NCBI GenBank assembly: GCA_964651655.1
Contig: CAZYVS010000001.1
Span: 5,132 to 69,131, forward strand
Direction of reading: 5' to 3'
DNA length: 64,000 nucleotides
DNA from: an uncultured Candidatus Saccharibacteria bacterium
GTDB taxonomy: Bacteria > Patescibacteriota > Minisyncoccia > Phycocordibacterales > Zambryskibacteraceae
Position 1 is the first letter of the stretch. Each line of letters starts with the position of its first letter. Made by a program: the position numbers and the translations under genes. This document shows, in pieces, positions 10,483-20,051 of this stretch. The notes beneath the pieces are model-generated. The model worked only from the letters and a program-made list of their open reading frames with translations. It was not told where the DNA came from and ran no database searches.

Positions 10483-10520
10483 ATTGTTTAAAATTATGAT
10501 TTTATGTTTTATGCCGTTAA

Positions 10521-11462
10521 TTATACTTTAAGGTACTTTCGAATAGCAAGAGCGCTCGAAAGCGCGCCAATAAATATTCCCGAAGCTATAATGATGAAAG
10601 CAATTTCTAAAAAATGACGCAGATAATAAGAAAAGAGATTGAAGCCGACAAAAAAATCTTTAGTCGCGCCGCCCAGCCAATAAGTAATGGGCAGCAGGAG
10701 AAGTAGAGTCAGAATGCCCGCCACTACTCCGTAAATCACACCCACCACCACGAAGGGCCCCCGAATATAAGTGGTTGAGGCGCCCACTAGGCGCATGACG
10801 CTAATCTCATCTCTGGCCAGATAAATTGTCAGGCGGATAGTATTGAAAGCGATTAGCACGGAGATTACCGCCAGGAAAAACATGGCCACAAAACCAAGCC
10901 AGTCGGCGGACGCAATCACTTTGGTTAACCTGTCAATGGCAGTTTTGTTTTGAAAATAATTAATCCGATCAATGATAGAAAAACCGGCAGAGGAAAGCGC
11001 ATTATCACTTTCTAGGAATTCAGCCACCGAGGCATATTGTGAAGGATCTCTGGCTTTGATATTTAGGACGCCGCCTAAAGGATTCTCGCCAAGTTCGTCC
11101 AGGGCCGAGAGGATGGCCTGGTCGTTTGAATGTCTTTCTTTAAAGAGAGTCAGCGCTTCATCGCGAGAAACATAAGTGACCAAAAGGACTGCCGGTAAAG
11201 ATTCAACGGAATGTTTGATATTTAAAATGTCCTCCTCTTTAGCCGAAGTGATGAAAGTGACATTGATGTCTATCTTATTTTTTAATTCGGCCAGAGTGGT
11301 ATCTAAAATAGCACTGGAAAAGGAAATCAGACCGATAACCAGAAGCGTTACCATCATGATCAAAACAGAAGCCAGAGTGACCGTCGTGTCTCTCCAGAAA
11401 TTAAAAAAACCGGTGCGCAGAATTCTCTTTAAGTTTGTCCAGAACATTTGCTTTTTACTCAT
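10521..11462 (-). CDS. ftsX: cell division ABC transporter permease FtsX
   Basis: 313 aa with four TM segments, a large first periplasmic loop and a C-terminal FtsX-like permease fold. Immediately downstream of ftsE. Confidence 0.75.
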   Translation of the reverse strand: MSKKQMFWTNLKRILRTGFFNFWRDTTVTLASVLIMMVTLLVIGLISFSSAILDTTLAELKNKIDINVTFITSAKEEDILNIKHSVESLPAVLLVTYVSRDEALTLFKERHSNDQAILSALDELGENPLGGVLNIKARDPSQYASVAEFLESDNALSSAGFSIIDRINYFQNKTAIDRLTKVIASADWLGFVAMFFLAVISVLIAFNTIRLTIYLARDEISVMRLVGASTTYIRGPFVVVGVIYGVVAGILTLLLLLPITYWLGGATKDFFVGFNLFSYYLRHFLEIAFIIIASGIFIGALSSALAIRKYLKV

Positions 11463-11471
11463 AAAATTTAA

Positions 11472-12152
11472 CTAGACGAAATATTTTCCGGCTCTATCGT
11501 CACGCACTACCCGGCCGCGCTCCATGGCCACCACCCGCCGTTTCAACAAATCAATTATACCCTTATTATGGGTAGCCAGTATCACCGTGGTCCCCAAGTC
11601 GTTAATTTTTTTTAATATTTGAACTATGTCGTAAGTATTGGCCGGGTCAAGATTACCGGTCGGCTCATCGGCGATAATAATATCCGGCTCATTGACCAAG
11701 GCGCGAGCGATAGCCACCCGCTGTTTCTCTCCGCCGGACAACTCGCGGGGAAAATTCCAAACCTTCGGCGTTAAATCCACCAATTCAAGCACGTGCGGCA
11801 CATCGGATTCTATTTCTTCATCCGCTCGTCCGGCCGCTTCCATGGTGAAAGCGATATTTTCATACACGGTCTTATTGGGAAGCAGACGAAAGTCTTGGAA
11901 AACCATGCCCACCTTCCGACGAAAAACATCCGTTTCTTTTTTAGTTAGCTTGTGAATATCGGTGGATTCGTAATAAATCGCGCCTTCCGTCGGCTCTTCT
12001 TCTCCGAGAAAAAGTTTCAAAAGAGTGGTTTTGCCGGCGCCGGAGGGTCCAACAATAGAAACAAATTCTCTCGGCTCGATAGAGAGCGTCACTTCATCTA
12101 GGGCGACGGAACTGTCCGGATAAATTTTTGAAACGCGGTCAAAAACAATCAT
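11472..12152 (-). CDS. ftsE: cell division ATP-binding protein FtsE
   Basis: Walker A 'GPSGAGKTT', ABC signature '[15 protein letters not shown]' and Walker B '[12 protein letters not shown]'. 226 aa. Confidence 0.85.
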   Translation of the reverse strand: MIVFDRVSKIYPDSSVALDEVTLSIEPREFVSIVGPSGAGKTTLLKLFLGEEEPTEGAIYYESTDIHKLTKKETDVFRRKVGMVFQDFRLLPNKTVYENIAFTMEAAGRADEEIESDVPHVLELVDLTPKVWNFPRELSGGEKQRVAIARALVNEPDIIIADEPTGNLDPANTYDIVQILKKINDLGTTVILATHNKGIIDLLKRRVVAMERGRVVRDDRAGKYFV

Positions 12153-12268
12153 ATCGCATTATTTTAACACGCAATGATTTCCACAACAAGATGACGGGTT
12201 GTAAAAAAACAAAAAACATCATTAAGCGTTTTCTAGTATTTTTTAGCATTGCAATATACTACACACCC

Positions 12269-12286
12269 GGTATGATATATCATACC
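12269..12286. promoter_or_regulatory. 18-bp perfect palindrome GGTATGATATATCATACC (candidate operator), copy 1
   Basis: Self-complementary 18-mer overlapping the start of the YerC-like gene. An identical copy lies 465 bp downstream. Confidence 0.5.
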
Positions 12287-12703
12287 TTTATGAAGGTACG
12301 GGCAAAATCATTAACTAAAGAGCAGCGGATAGAAACGCTTGACACACTCTACACAGCTGCCGCCTCGGTACAAGGAAGGACGGCAGTGAAGCTTTTTTTA
12401 CGAGACTTGCTTACCGAGAGTGAACGTATTATGTTGGGACGTCGAATCATTATTGCCCGCAAACTCATTAGAGGAACCAGCCGTGACGATATAGCCGCGG
12501 AACTGCGGGTCGGTTACGATACTATCCACCGCGTTCATCGATGGCTTCACGACCAATTTCCCGGTTACGAACAAGCTGTCAAAGGGATGGAGAAAGAATT
12601 TGAAAAGCGTCGCGGAAAAAAATTGGGCGCAACAAGCGCGCTCTATCGTCTTAAGAAAAAGTATCCATTGCACTTTCTATTATTCCCTTGGCCGAAACAC
12701 TAG
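12272..12703 (+). CDS. TrpR-like / YerC-YecD family DNA-binding protein
   Basis: 'TESERIMLGRRIIIARKLIRGTSRDDIAAELRVGYDTIHRV' matches the Trp-repressor-like YerC/YecD helix-turn-helix core. The start is uncertain: ATG at 12272 or 12290. The ORF-track start at 12128 overlaps ftsE and is unlikely. The start region overlaps an 18-bp perfect palindrome. Confidence 0.55.
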   Translation: MIYHTFMKVRAKSLTKEQRIETLDTLYTAAASVQGRTAVKLFLRDLLTESERIMLGRRIIIARKLIRGTSRDDIAAELRVGYDTIHRVHRWLHDQFPGYEQAVKGMEKEFEKRRGKKLGATSALYRLKKKYPLHFLLFPWPKH

Positions 12704-12733
12704 CGTATACATTTCGTGTCTAGTTTTATTTGA

Positions 12734-12751
12734 GGTATGATATATCATACC
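12734..12751. promoter_or_regulatory. 18-bp perfect palindrome GGTATGATATATCATACC (candidate operator), copy 2
   Basis: Identical palindrome, here 20 bp including the flanking A/T. Lies 48 nt upstream of the ATG of ORF 12800..13363. Confidence 0.5.
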
Positions 12752-12799
12752 TCTGGACTATCTTGACTCAAACTTAATACTTTGTGGTATATTTAAATT

Positions 12800-13363
12800 A
12801 TGGACGGAAGCAAACAAATCGCCGTTGTTCTCGCCATCTTAGCAGCCGGAAGTATACTCTTCGTCGGCAACCGGGATATCTCTTCTTATTTCCCGTCATT
12901 CTCCTTCTCACTCCCCTCTTTAGAAATTTCCCGGAATAGTACCGACGCGACCCTATCGGTCGAGGCATGGAATATCTTTCAGAATTACCTAAAATTTGCT
13001 AAAAATCACGATCTTATCGGTATCCGCAGTCTCTCGCACCAAATCTCCGCGACCTGTAACGACCCTGCGAAAGAAAACGACTGTTTCGCTCTGATGGATA
13101 GCGTCTACTCCTTTGCCAGCCCTCTTAAATTGAGCGATTTTAACCATATCCAATCGGATGAACGCCAAATAGTTATGTACACGGACGGTCCCACGGTGGC
13201 TACCTTATATTTCACTAGAAATGCAGACGACACAAAAGTGCTCGGCATGAGATTTTGTTTCGAAGATGAAACAACTATCGGAACTTGTGTAATGATTGAC
13301 TCTCTTAAACAGGATTCAAACAACAACGGCTGGTGGGACAGCGTTGAATCCCTCTTCTATTAA
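12800..13363 (+). CDS. hypothetical membrane-anchored protein
   Basis: 187 aa with an N-terminal TM helix, then Cys-containing soluble domain. A candidate operator palindrome lies upstream. Confidence 0.4.
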   Translation: MDGSKQIAVVLAILAAGSILFVGNRDISSYFPSFSFSLPSLEISRNSTDATLSVEAWNIFQNYLKFAKNHDLIGIRSLSHQISATCNDPAKENDCFALMDSVYSFASPLKLSDFNHIQSDERQIVMYTDGPTVATLYFTRNADDTKVLGMRFCFEDETTIGTCVMIDSLKQDSNNNGWWDSVESLFY

Positions 13364-13381
13364 TTAACAAGGGCCACAGTT

Positions 13382-14338
13382 TTAGTTTCCTAACGTGATA
13401 AACGAATGTTCTGTAGTTGTAGCGCTGTTGTTTGCCTTATCGGAAACTTTCACCAAATAGTAATAAGTTGTGGAAGCCGTTAATTCAGAGAGATTGTAGG
13501 AATGGAAAGTCTTCCGGGTACCATTGTCCAATCTATTTGCCGAGGATACGTTCAGAGGTGTCGTCGTGCTGTACCAAAGTGTGGAAATGGCATTCTCATT
13601 AGTAAACCATGTTACGGAAGCCGTAGTGCTTGCTGTGCTGGTAGCCGAGAGGTCTCTTATAATTGGAGCCAACACATCAGGCGTAGTCGTCCCTAGCTTC
13701 CAGTCATCACCCTTCTTCTCTATACCTTTTGGTAATTTCTGACATTCGGGAACAATCGGTTTTACCCCATCATGTTTTCTTAGCCATCCTGGAGCAATTA
13801 AGTGTCCCGGAGGCACAGCGGCACATAGACGATGTTTCTTTTTGTCATTATCATTATCATTATCATCGTCCTCATCGTCATCTTCGAAAGCAATCTGATT
13901 ATCTTTTAAGAGTCTGTTCAATAACATTCGGGTCCTGGGACCAACCCAGCCCACTTGCTCAAGACCATTTTCCTTCTGAAGACGCTTGAGTGCCCTCTCT
14001 GTTGCCTTTCCAAAGTATCCTGTTATTAATCCTTCAGGATAAATATCCGGGTTCGCAGCAAGAAGCGCCTGTAAGGCTTCTACGGCCTCTCCCCGCGACC
14101 CAAGGCTTAAACTAATAAGAAAATCGTTAAACTGTGTAGTCACTTGAGTTTGTAGAGTCATTTGACTAGTTACTAGGGCGTCAATTTGTTTCTGTAGAGC
14201 TTGTATTTGCTGAAGGAGCACCGATATTGCATTAATCTGCGTCGTGCTGGTAGCAGACTGGGCCATACTAATAGAAGGTATGAACATGGCGCCCGCTGTA
14301 AGCAGACCGACTAAGGGGATAAGCGACTTTCGTTTCAT
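13382..14338 (-). CDS. secreted protein with peptidoglycan-binding domain and acidic low-complexity tract
   Basis: Signal peptide. PG_binding_1-like stretch 'GSRGEAVEALQALLAANPDIYPEGLITGYFGKATERALKRLQKENGL'. 'EDDDEDDDNDNDNDKKK' acidic run. Thr/Ser-rich C-terminus. Confidence 0.5.
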   Translation of the reverse strand: MKRKSLIPLVGLLTAGAMFIPSISMAQSATSTTQINAISVLLQQIQALQKQIDALVTSQMTLQTQVTTQFNDFLISLSLGSRGEAVEALQALLAANPDIYPEGLITGYFGKATERALKRLQKENGLEQVGWVGPRTRMLLNRLLKDNQIAFEDDDEDDDNDNDNDKKKHRLCAAVPPGHLIAPGWLRKHDGVKPIVPECQKLPKGIEKKGDDWKLGTTTPDVLAPIIRDLSATSTASTTASVTWFTNENAISTLWYSTTTPLNVSSANRLDNGTRKTFHSYNLSELTASTTYYYLVKVSDKANNSATTTEHSFITLGN

Positions 14339-14517
14339 TTGTGTAATTAATTTATAACTAATAAACCTGATACCATAGACGATTATACTGCTATATCCTT
14401 ACAGACTACTTTCTACTTTGAAAATATACGGACAAACCAGCCCAAGAGGCTCAACTTGCTTTCGTTCGCATCAACAAACACTTGTATATCCGCGGAAACT
14501 TTTTCTAAAGCTTGAAT

Positions 14518-15066
14518 CTACACCTCTAGATCCGCCTTAACACTGGCGCTGGCCGTCTTTTGCTCGGCCTTCTTTAGCCTGGCAATATGATTTTGGGTAG
14601 TGACTATAGCAGAACGCAGTTCTCCAAGATTTTTGTAATCAGGACCAAACAGAAATACTTTTACTTTGTTCTCGGAGATAACTTTTGCCATGCTATTATT
14701 TACTTGCGCAGTTGTCGAAGCCTGTTCTTGGGCTACCAACCTGATATCCGCGCCAATTCCACTATCTCTATCTGCGATAGCCAGAAGAGATTTAACTACC
14801 AAGGAAACTTTACTTTTCTGTTCATCTCCCTGGTGTCCCTCCGCTCGTGATGAAGAGGTGGCGTTCCCTTGAGTTGAGGTGGCAGGCTTGTTTTGAGACT
14901 GCGCGCTTCCTGTCGCACTGGCACTTACGGAAGTTTGTGACCCTCCTCCATATACATTGACCCCGGCACCAACATTGACTTCTACAGCTGAAGCTGTGGC
15001 TCCCCCAGCCAATAATACTGCCAAGGTGGCTACCGCTAAGCTAAACCTTTTGTGTTCTTTTTTCAT
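14518..15066 (-). CDS. hypothetical secreted protein
   Basis: Signal peptide, Ser/Thr/Gly-rich N-terminal half, then conserved C-terminal region. 182 aa. Confidence 0.4.
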   Translation of the reverse strand: MKKEHKRFSLAVATLAVLLAGGATASAVEVNVGAGVNVYGGGSQTSVSASATGSAQSQNKPATSTQGNATSSSRAEGHQGDEQKSKVSLVVKSLLAIADRDSGIGADIRLVAQEQASTTAQVNNSMAKVISENKVKVFLFGPDYKNLGELRSAIVTTQNHIARLKKAEQKTASASVKADLEV

Positions 15067-15180
15067 ATATTTATTAAGACGAATAAAAACTGATTTCCTT
15101 TCAGCTAATCAATACTCTATCATAATGTATTCCTTTACTAAACTGCGTGGCTAATTCTTCTAGATTCTCCTTATTTTCAT

Positions 15181-15897
15181 TCAAGGTTGAACCTTGATAA
15201 TCCGTTTTATAATTGTATGGATAAATTTTAATACCACGTTCTCCGTATCTATATAGTCATCATTTTGAACAGCAATAAACATTTTTTCTTCAGCGAGCAC
15301 TTTCACATTTGTACTTTCAACAGTGGCACCGGAAATAATACTTGGGCTAGATTCTGTCGCCACCGCCATAGGTCTTGATGTTTTAGGTTGAGGAATAGGC
15401 CGACCAAAAAGCTGAACAATATAAATGCTCTCTTGGCCATTATAGACACCGGGCGCAAGAGCTATGCCAATCTCGGTGAATTTATCGTTAAGAATATTGG
15501 CGCGATGTCCTTGAGAATTCATCCAGGCGCGCACCACATCTTCCGAATCTATAAAGTTAATTGCTAAATTTTCACCCGCATAGAGAAAATCATAACCGCC
15601 TTGGGAAAACCAGTACCAGGGAGATTTGCCTTCGGGACTAGTGTGAGCAAAGTAATTCTTCTGCGCCATATCATTGGCCTTTAATTGAGCGGCGGCGGTC
15701 AGAATGGGACTAAACTCCAGCGGATTCAAATTTTGAGAGAAACGATTTGAATTAGTCAGGTCGAATAAGACTCCGGTGATAACAGCTGAAAGTAAATTAG
15801 GACGATTTGCAATGAGAGATTTGGTGGAGAAGACCAATCCAAAAAGAACAACTGCTAGAAAAGCGATGCCTATGAGATTTCTAAGTCTCTTTCTCAT
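15181..15897 (-). CDS. CAP-domain (SCP/PR-1/YkwD-like) secreted protein
   Basis: N-terminal TM/signal. 'AHTSPEGKSPW...WMNSQGHRANILNDKFTEIGIA' matches CAP-domain His/Glu signature positions. Confidence 0.55.
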   Translation of the reverse strand: MRKRLRNLIGIAFLAVVLFGLVFSTKSLIANRPNLLSAVITGVLFDLTNSNRFSQNLNPLEFSPILTAAAQLKANDMAQKNYFAHTSPEGKSPWYWFSQGGYDFLYAGENLAINFIDSEDVVRAWMNSQGHRANILNDKFTEIGIALAPGVYNGQESIYIVQLFGRPIPQPKTSRPMAVATESSPSIISGATVESTNVKVLAEEKMFIAVQNDDYIDTENVVLKFIHTIIKRIIKVQP

Positions 15898-15921
15898 CCC
15901 TCTGATTGTACTTGAATATAA

Positions 15922-18708
15922 CTATCTTCCAAAGGGTCTCACGATCTGGGAAATACGTTTTTGTTTAAAAATATTTTTCAGCAGATCAATAAGTCCCTCT
16001 CTCGGCGGCGGGGGCGGATTGATTGGAGTATCGTCGATATTGTCAAGGTTAGTATGGATATCGTTATCGTCTAGTTTGGCTGGAGGAATTTTATTTCGCG
16101 CCGGAGTTTTGTCAATTGCGACAATGATAGCCGGGGCATTTGGATTCTTGGACCACGGAACCAGAGGCGGTATTTGGAGCGCGAGTGCCGGACATTCCAG
16201 CATATTTATCCAACGTAAAGTCGTCTGATACGCGATGCCGGTGGATGTATTCAGACCCCATGGAGCGAGAATTTCACGCGGATATTTCTCTTGAAAGGTC
16301 TTAAGCGCATTGTACGTAAGAGGACCATAGACGCCAGTTACCGGTAAACCGGCGCCCATTTCCCCGTTCAAGAACTCTTGTAATTTCATAACTTGTTCCA
16401 CGTCATTATCAGCGCCATGGCGGATAAATTTATCCATATAAAGACCGCAGCTTACCCCAAGAACTTCGCCCTTACTTTCCACCGTGACACGAGAAGAAGC
16501 GACACCCGAAGAAGCATCGGTGCTTAAGTCAGGGTCTTGAAGGTAATCTCCTCCCAAGGCCTCAACCCAAGCGGTATTCGTATAAACACCCGGAGTGGTG
16601 CTGGCATTAAAGATTGCCGTGTAGGTAATAGTAATCTCTTCATTCGGAAAAATTTCACCAAGTTCCCAATTATTTTTGGTTATAATCTTGCCGTTTTCAT
16701 CTTTAAGAACATCATAGAGAATTCCTTCAAAAGCGGAACCGCCTTTATTTTCAATCACAATCGTGTAGTCCACGGTGCTCGAAGCGGTAATATCTGTGCC
16801 GGTGGCGGAATTTGTTTTGGTTATATAAAGAGAGGGATAGGTGCTCGCTTTCGTAACGCTTTCGTAAGAAATTGATCTGCCGAATGACCGTAAGCGACGA
16901 GCCAAAAGAGAAACTGTATCGGAATTATCGGCCGGGTTACCGTCGGTTTCATTGGCTGAAACTTCAAACGCATGGTCAATCAGAGTATCTCCATATGGCA
17001 AACCGCCATTCACTTTTGCCCGATACGAAAATTCTTTTATCTCGCCGGGCAAAAGGTCTCCTACTTCCAGGGAGTATATTTCATTTTGGTCCCCGCCTTC
17101 AAAACTGATGTGTGGTGAGTCGAAACTTCCATTAAATCGTACATTATGAGCCGAGGCATCACCACGATTGGCGACTGTAGTATGGAAGATGGGTTCCGAG
17201 CCCGGGCCAAGAATCTCTGGTCCTTCCACTTGCGAAGCCACCCAGATGTCAGGTTGGCCGAATGAGACATTACCCGACCAATCTCCAAAGATGTTAATGA
17301 GCGCGATAATCCAGTTGGAACTTATAACATTGGTATTGGCAACATTCAAAACGTTTGCTCCGGCATAAGCATTACCGGTGTTGATAGAAGCCGTACCACC
17401 CGCGCTCGTTGCCTTGTTTTCTCCCGTGAGAGCGAATACTTTGACGTTATTTCCGATGTTAGCGGTATTATTAGTTTTCACGTCAATACCTCCCCCACCT
17501 CCGGCACCATCTTCGTTCGCCCCATCATTAGAAAAGAGTTCAATACCGGATGGCGTCTCGGTCCAACTTATTCCCTCCGGCGCATTGAAGACCGAACCGT
17601 TCCAGTTGCCGAAGATTCTAAAGACAACAAAGAATGTGGGAGCGTTGACAAGATTGGTGTTGATAATATTTGCGACGTTACTGCCAGCCACAGCATTGCC
17701 GGTTTCAATTAAACTTCCATCGCCTTCCGTTTCGTTATCTCCGGTGTTGGCCGAGGTTTCCACTTCATTTTCAACATTAGCTGAATTGGTATTGGAAATA
17801 TTTGCTCCGCCGACCGTAGAAAACGGGGTGAAGAAATTGGAGAAAAAGTCCGAGTTCGGGAAGATGAGGTCGCCGTTCCACCCGCCGAAGTTGTTGAAAG
17901 CGAAGAGTAGATAATTTGAGTTGATAATATTGGTATTGGCAACATTGACCACATTGGCGCCAGCGTAAGCGTTACCGGTGTTGATCGAAGCGCCATTACC
18001 ACCCAAAGCAAAGTTCTGCCCGGTTGAAGAACGCACGATAACCACGTTTGAAATTGTGGCATCATTTTCCGTCTCTACTTTAAGAGTGGAAGCAAGGCCG
18101 TCGCAAGTTGGAGTGCCGCAGGGATTGTCGGAATTTGGAGGTGCTTCAGAAGAAGTTATGGGCCGGAGATCAATATGTCCAAGTGACTGGAGAAAATTAT
18201 TAAGAAGATACAAGAAACCGTTTGATTCAACCAGATTAAGATTGACCACCGAGACCACATTGGCAGAAGCATAGGCGTCGCCTGTCGTAATTAGAGTCTC
18301 GTTCGTTGAGGAAGCGTTATTCTCTCCCGTCGCGGCAGTAGTGGTGGCCTCATTTTCTACCACGCCTTCGTTGTTAATTAAAACATTCTCGTTCTCCGCC
18401 GGCAGAGTCTCAACTTCAACTACATTTACGTTGACACTGCTCTCCGTGTCAGTTTCCGCCACAGCATCGCCAGTATCTATAATTACTTCTCCGTTTGAGA
18501 TAGCTTGCTCCTCTTCAAGTACTGGCTCTGGCACCGTCTCCTCTACTACTACCGGCGCCTCTTCAACACTTGGCGTCTCTTCTACAATATCCTCGGCCTG
18601 AACTTGTAAGGGATACACCGGCGCTAGAATTAACGACCAGATAACTACTCCGGCGGTTAAACGTTTAGCTGTCTCCCAAGTATTAGACTGTAAAGATTGA
18701 AAAAACAT
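15922..18708 (-). CDS. large secreted surface protein (928 aa) with repeated 'TGNAYAGANVxNVANTNxI' modules and C-terminal peptidoglycan-binding-like domain
   Basis: Signal peptide. At least four copies of an approximately 35-aa motif: 'TTGDAYASANVVSVVNLNLV', 'NTGNAYAGANVVNVANTNII', 'ETGNAVAGSNVANIINTNLV', 'NTGNAYAGANVLNVANTNVI'. C-terminal 'GVYGPLTYNALKTFQ' is a PG-binding-like stretch. Pro-rich tail. Confidence 0.6.
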   Translation of the reverse strand: MFFQSLQSNTWETAKRLTAGVVIWSLILAPVYPLQVQAEDIVEETPSVEEAPVVVEETVPEPVLEEEQAISNGEVIIDTGDAVAETDTESSVNVNVVEVETLPAENENVLINNEGVVENEATTTAATGENNASSTNETLITTGDAYASANVVSVVNLNLVESNGFLYLLNNFLQSLGHIDLRPITSSEAPPNSDNPCGTPTCDGLASTLKVETENDATISNVVIVRSSTGQNFALGGNGASINTGNAYAGANVVNVANTNIINSNYLLFAFNNFGGWNGDLIFPNSDFFSNFFTPFSTVGGANISNTNSANVENEVETSANTGDNETEGDGSLIETGNAVAGSNVANIINTNLVNAPTFFVVFRIFGNWNGSVFNAPEGISWTETPSGIELFSNDGANEDGAGGGGGIDVKTNNTANIGNNVKVFALTGENKATSAGGTASINTGNAYAGANVLNVANTNVISSNWIIALINIFGDWSGNVSFGQPDIWVASQVEGPEILGPGSEPIFHTTVANRGDASAHNVRFNGSFDSPHISFEGGDQNEIYSLEVGDLLPGEIKEFSYRAKVNGGLPYGDTLIDHAFEVSANETDGNPADNSDTVSLLARRLRSFGRSISYESVTKASTYPSLYITKTNSATGTDITASSTVDYTIVIENKGGSAFEGILYDVLKDENGKIITKNNWELGEIFPNEEITITYTAIFNASTTPGVYTNTAWVEALGGDYLQDPDLSTDASSGVASSRVTVESKGEVLGVSCGLYMDKFIRHGADNDVEQVMKLQEFLNGEMGAGLPVTGVYGPLTYNALKTFQEKYPREILAPWGLNTSTGIAYQTTLRWINMLECPALALQIPPLVPWSKNPNAPAIIVAIDKTPARNKIPPAKLDDNDIHTNLDNIDDTPINPPPPPREGLIDLLKNIFKQKRISQIVRPFGR

Positions 18709-19111
18709 ATTTGAAAATTTTATTTATAAACGCTAGTACAGGACTCACCACCGTGTGCAAAATCGAACTTTGCACACTACTGGTTTCTTCCCCGCTGACC
18801 TGCGCTTCGACGCTTGTCGAGGATTTAACGTTGGACAGATTTACTTCAACATTTTTTTCTATTACCGCATCCTCGCCGGCAGGCGCTGTTACAGTTTCAT
18901 CAATGTCGGTAACAACTTCCCCGTCAATTTCAGTGTAAATCTTTACATTGGCTTTACTCTCGCCTTGGATAATTTCTCCCCCCGAATTAACCAAATTACT
19001 ACCCGTAGAAGCTGATGATGAGACATTATTTATAATCTCCACGGCATAAAGCGGCCAGGCTATACCTAGCCCGAGAGCGACCGCAATAATTTTTGTAGAT
19101 AGACTTAACAT
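18683..19111 (-). CDS. hypothetical secreted protein
   Basis: Likely start 'MLSLSTKIIAVALGLGIAWPLYA' (signal/TM). Upstream extension in the ORF track overlaps a REP element and is unlikely to be coding. Confidence 0.4.
   Translation of the reverse strand: MLSLSTKIIAVALGLGIAWPLYAVEIINNVSSSASTGSNLVNSGGEIIQGESKANVKIYTEIDGEVVTDIDETVTAPAGEDAVIEKNVEVNLSNVKSSTSVEAQVSGEETSSVQSSILHTVVSPVLAFINKIFKYVFSIFTV
18753..18777. repeat. REP-like palindromic element (TGTGCAAAG...CTTTGCACA family), copy 1
   Basis: GTGTGCAAA-ATCGAAC-TTTGCACAC: 9-bp perfect arms. Intergenic. Confidence 0.6.
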
Positions 19112-19117
19112 CACTTG

Positions 19118-19140
19118 TGTGCAAAGCTCGGCTTTGCACA
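19118..19140. repeat. REP-like palindromic element, copy 2
   Basis: GTGTGCAAAGC-TCG-GCTTTGCACA, 10-bp arms. Directly upstream of ORF 18683..19111. Confidence 0.6.
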
Positions 19141-19267
19141 AACTTATTTCCCTCGAATTCCGCTCCATTTTGTTTCCCAAGGTTCGACCTTCAGAATTCC
19201 TAAGGTCGAACCTTTGATAATGGGGCGGCACCCGAAGGTCCCGTAGGACGGGACACTTCGAAAAAAA

Positions 19268-19858
19268 CTATCTTCGAACGCGAACGATGTTCGTGTTGAC
19301 AACATTTACAACTTCCGACCAAGCGCTTGCGTCACCTGTTTTAATTGACCCACCATTTCCGCCGTTGGCATCGCTGTCAGCGTCAGAGTGCCAGCCCTTG
19401 GCTTTGGCTTTGCTTTTAGCATCGCCCCCACTGGAAATGTTTCCTCCTGTCGATGCATTAGTTGTGACGGTGTTAGTCACATATGTGTCGTCATTATTCA
19501 CGTCAACATCAATGTCACCCTTGCACCCGCAAGGAGATTTAACCTTGACATCATTAGAGTTGACAACATTTGTCACATACGAATCTGCCCATGCATCACC
19601 AGTTGTGATTGAGCCGCCATTTCCACCGTTAGCGTCACTATCAGCGTCACCACCCCATTTGGCTTTGGCTTTGCTTTTAGCATCGCCCCCACTGGAAATG
19701 TTTCCTCCTGTCGATGCATTAGTTGTGACGGTGTTAGTCACATATGTGTCGTCATTATTCACGTCAACATCAATGTCACCGCTCTGGTGGGAGGCCAGTG
19801 CTGGTGAGGTAAAGCTCAAGAGAGCCACGATAGCAAAGATTGCTGTAATTTTCTTCAT
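19268..19858 (-). CDS. small secreted repeat protein (196 aa), paralog of the 15922..18708 module family, with internal tandem duplication
   Basis: Signal peptide. Two near-identical ~80-aa internal repeats: a 122-nt stretch at about 19394-19515 is repeated exactly at 19646-19767 (period 252 nt), beginning 'CTTGGCTTTGGCTTTGCTTTTAGCATCGCCCCCACTGGAAATG' in the first copy. C-terminal '...GGNGGSIKTGDASAWSEVVNVVNTNIVRVRR' is shared with neighbours. Confidence 0.55.
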   Translation of the reverse strand: MKKITAIFAIVALLSFTSPALASHQSGDIDVDVNNDDTYVTNTVTTNASTGGNISSGGDAKSKAKAKWGGDADSDANGGNGGSITTGDAWADSYVTNVVNSNDVKVKSPCGCKGDIDVDVNNDDTYVTNTVTTNASTGGNISSGGDAKSKAKAKGWHSDADSDANGGNGGSIKTGDASAWSEVVNVVNTNIVRVRR

Positions 19859-20051
19859 TTGTTTTCTTTACTTAATTAACTTGTAATTAATCAAAATTTT
19901 TCTTCGGTCCCTTAAGGGCTAACTGAAGAAAAATTTTGTTTTATCAACCTTGTCCCGCTAAAGGCGGGGCTTCTTGGATTCTTGGAACCCAAGAAGCAAG
20001 GGATGTTTCCCTCTCCCTCATTTCTTGGGTTCCAAGCAGATTTTTGAAGAA

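Noticed and set aside
16537-18601. Multiple plus-strand ORFs and several minus-strand alternative-frame ORFs inside the 928-aa surface protein gene
   Set aside because: They are repetitive Ser/Thr/Pro-rich translations of the antisense or off-frame repeat DNA. The 928-aa frame carries the signal peptide and the conserved modules.
19394-19767. Exact 122-nt direct repeat with regular spacing: could it be a CRISPR array?
   Set aside because: There are only two copies. The repeat lies inside a continuous ORF with a signal peptide, and the repeat itself is coding (a duplicated protein module). There are no cas genes.
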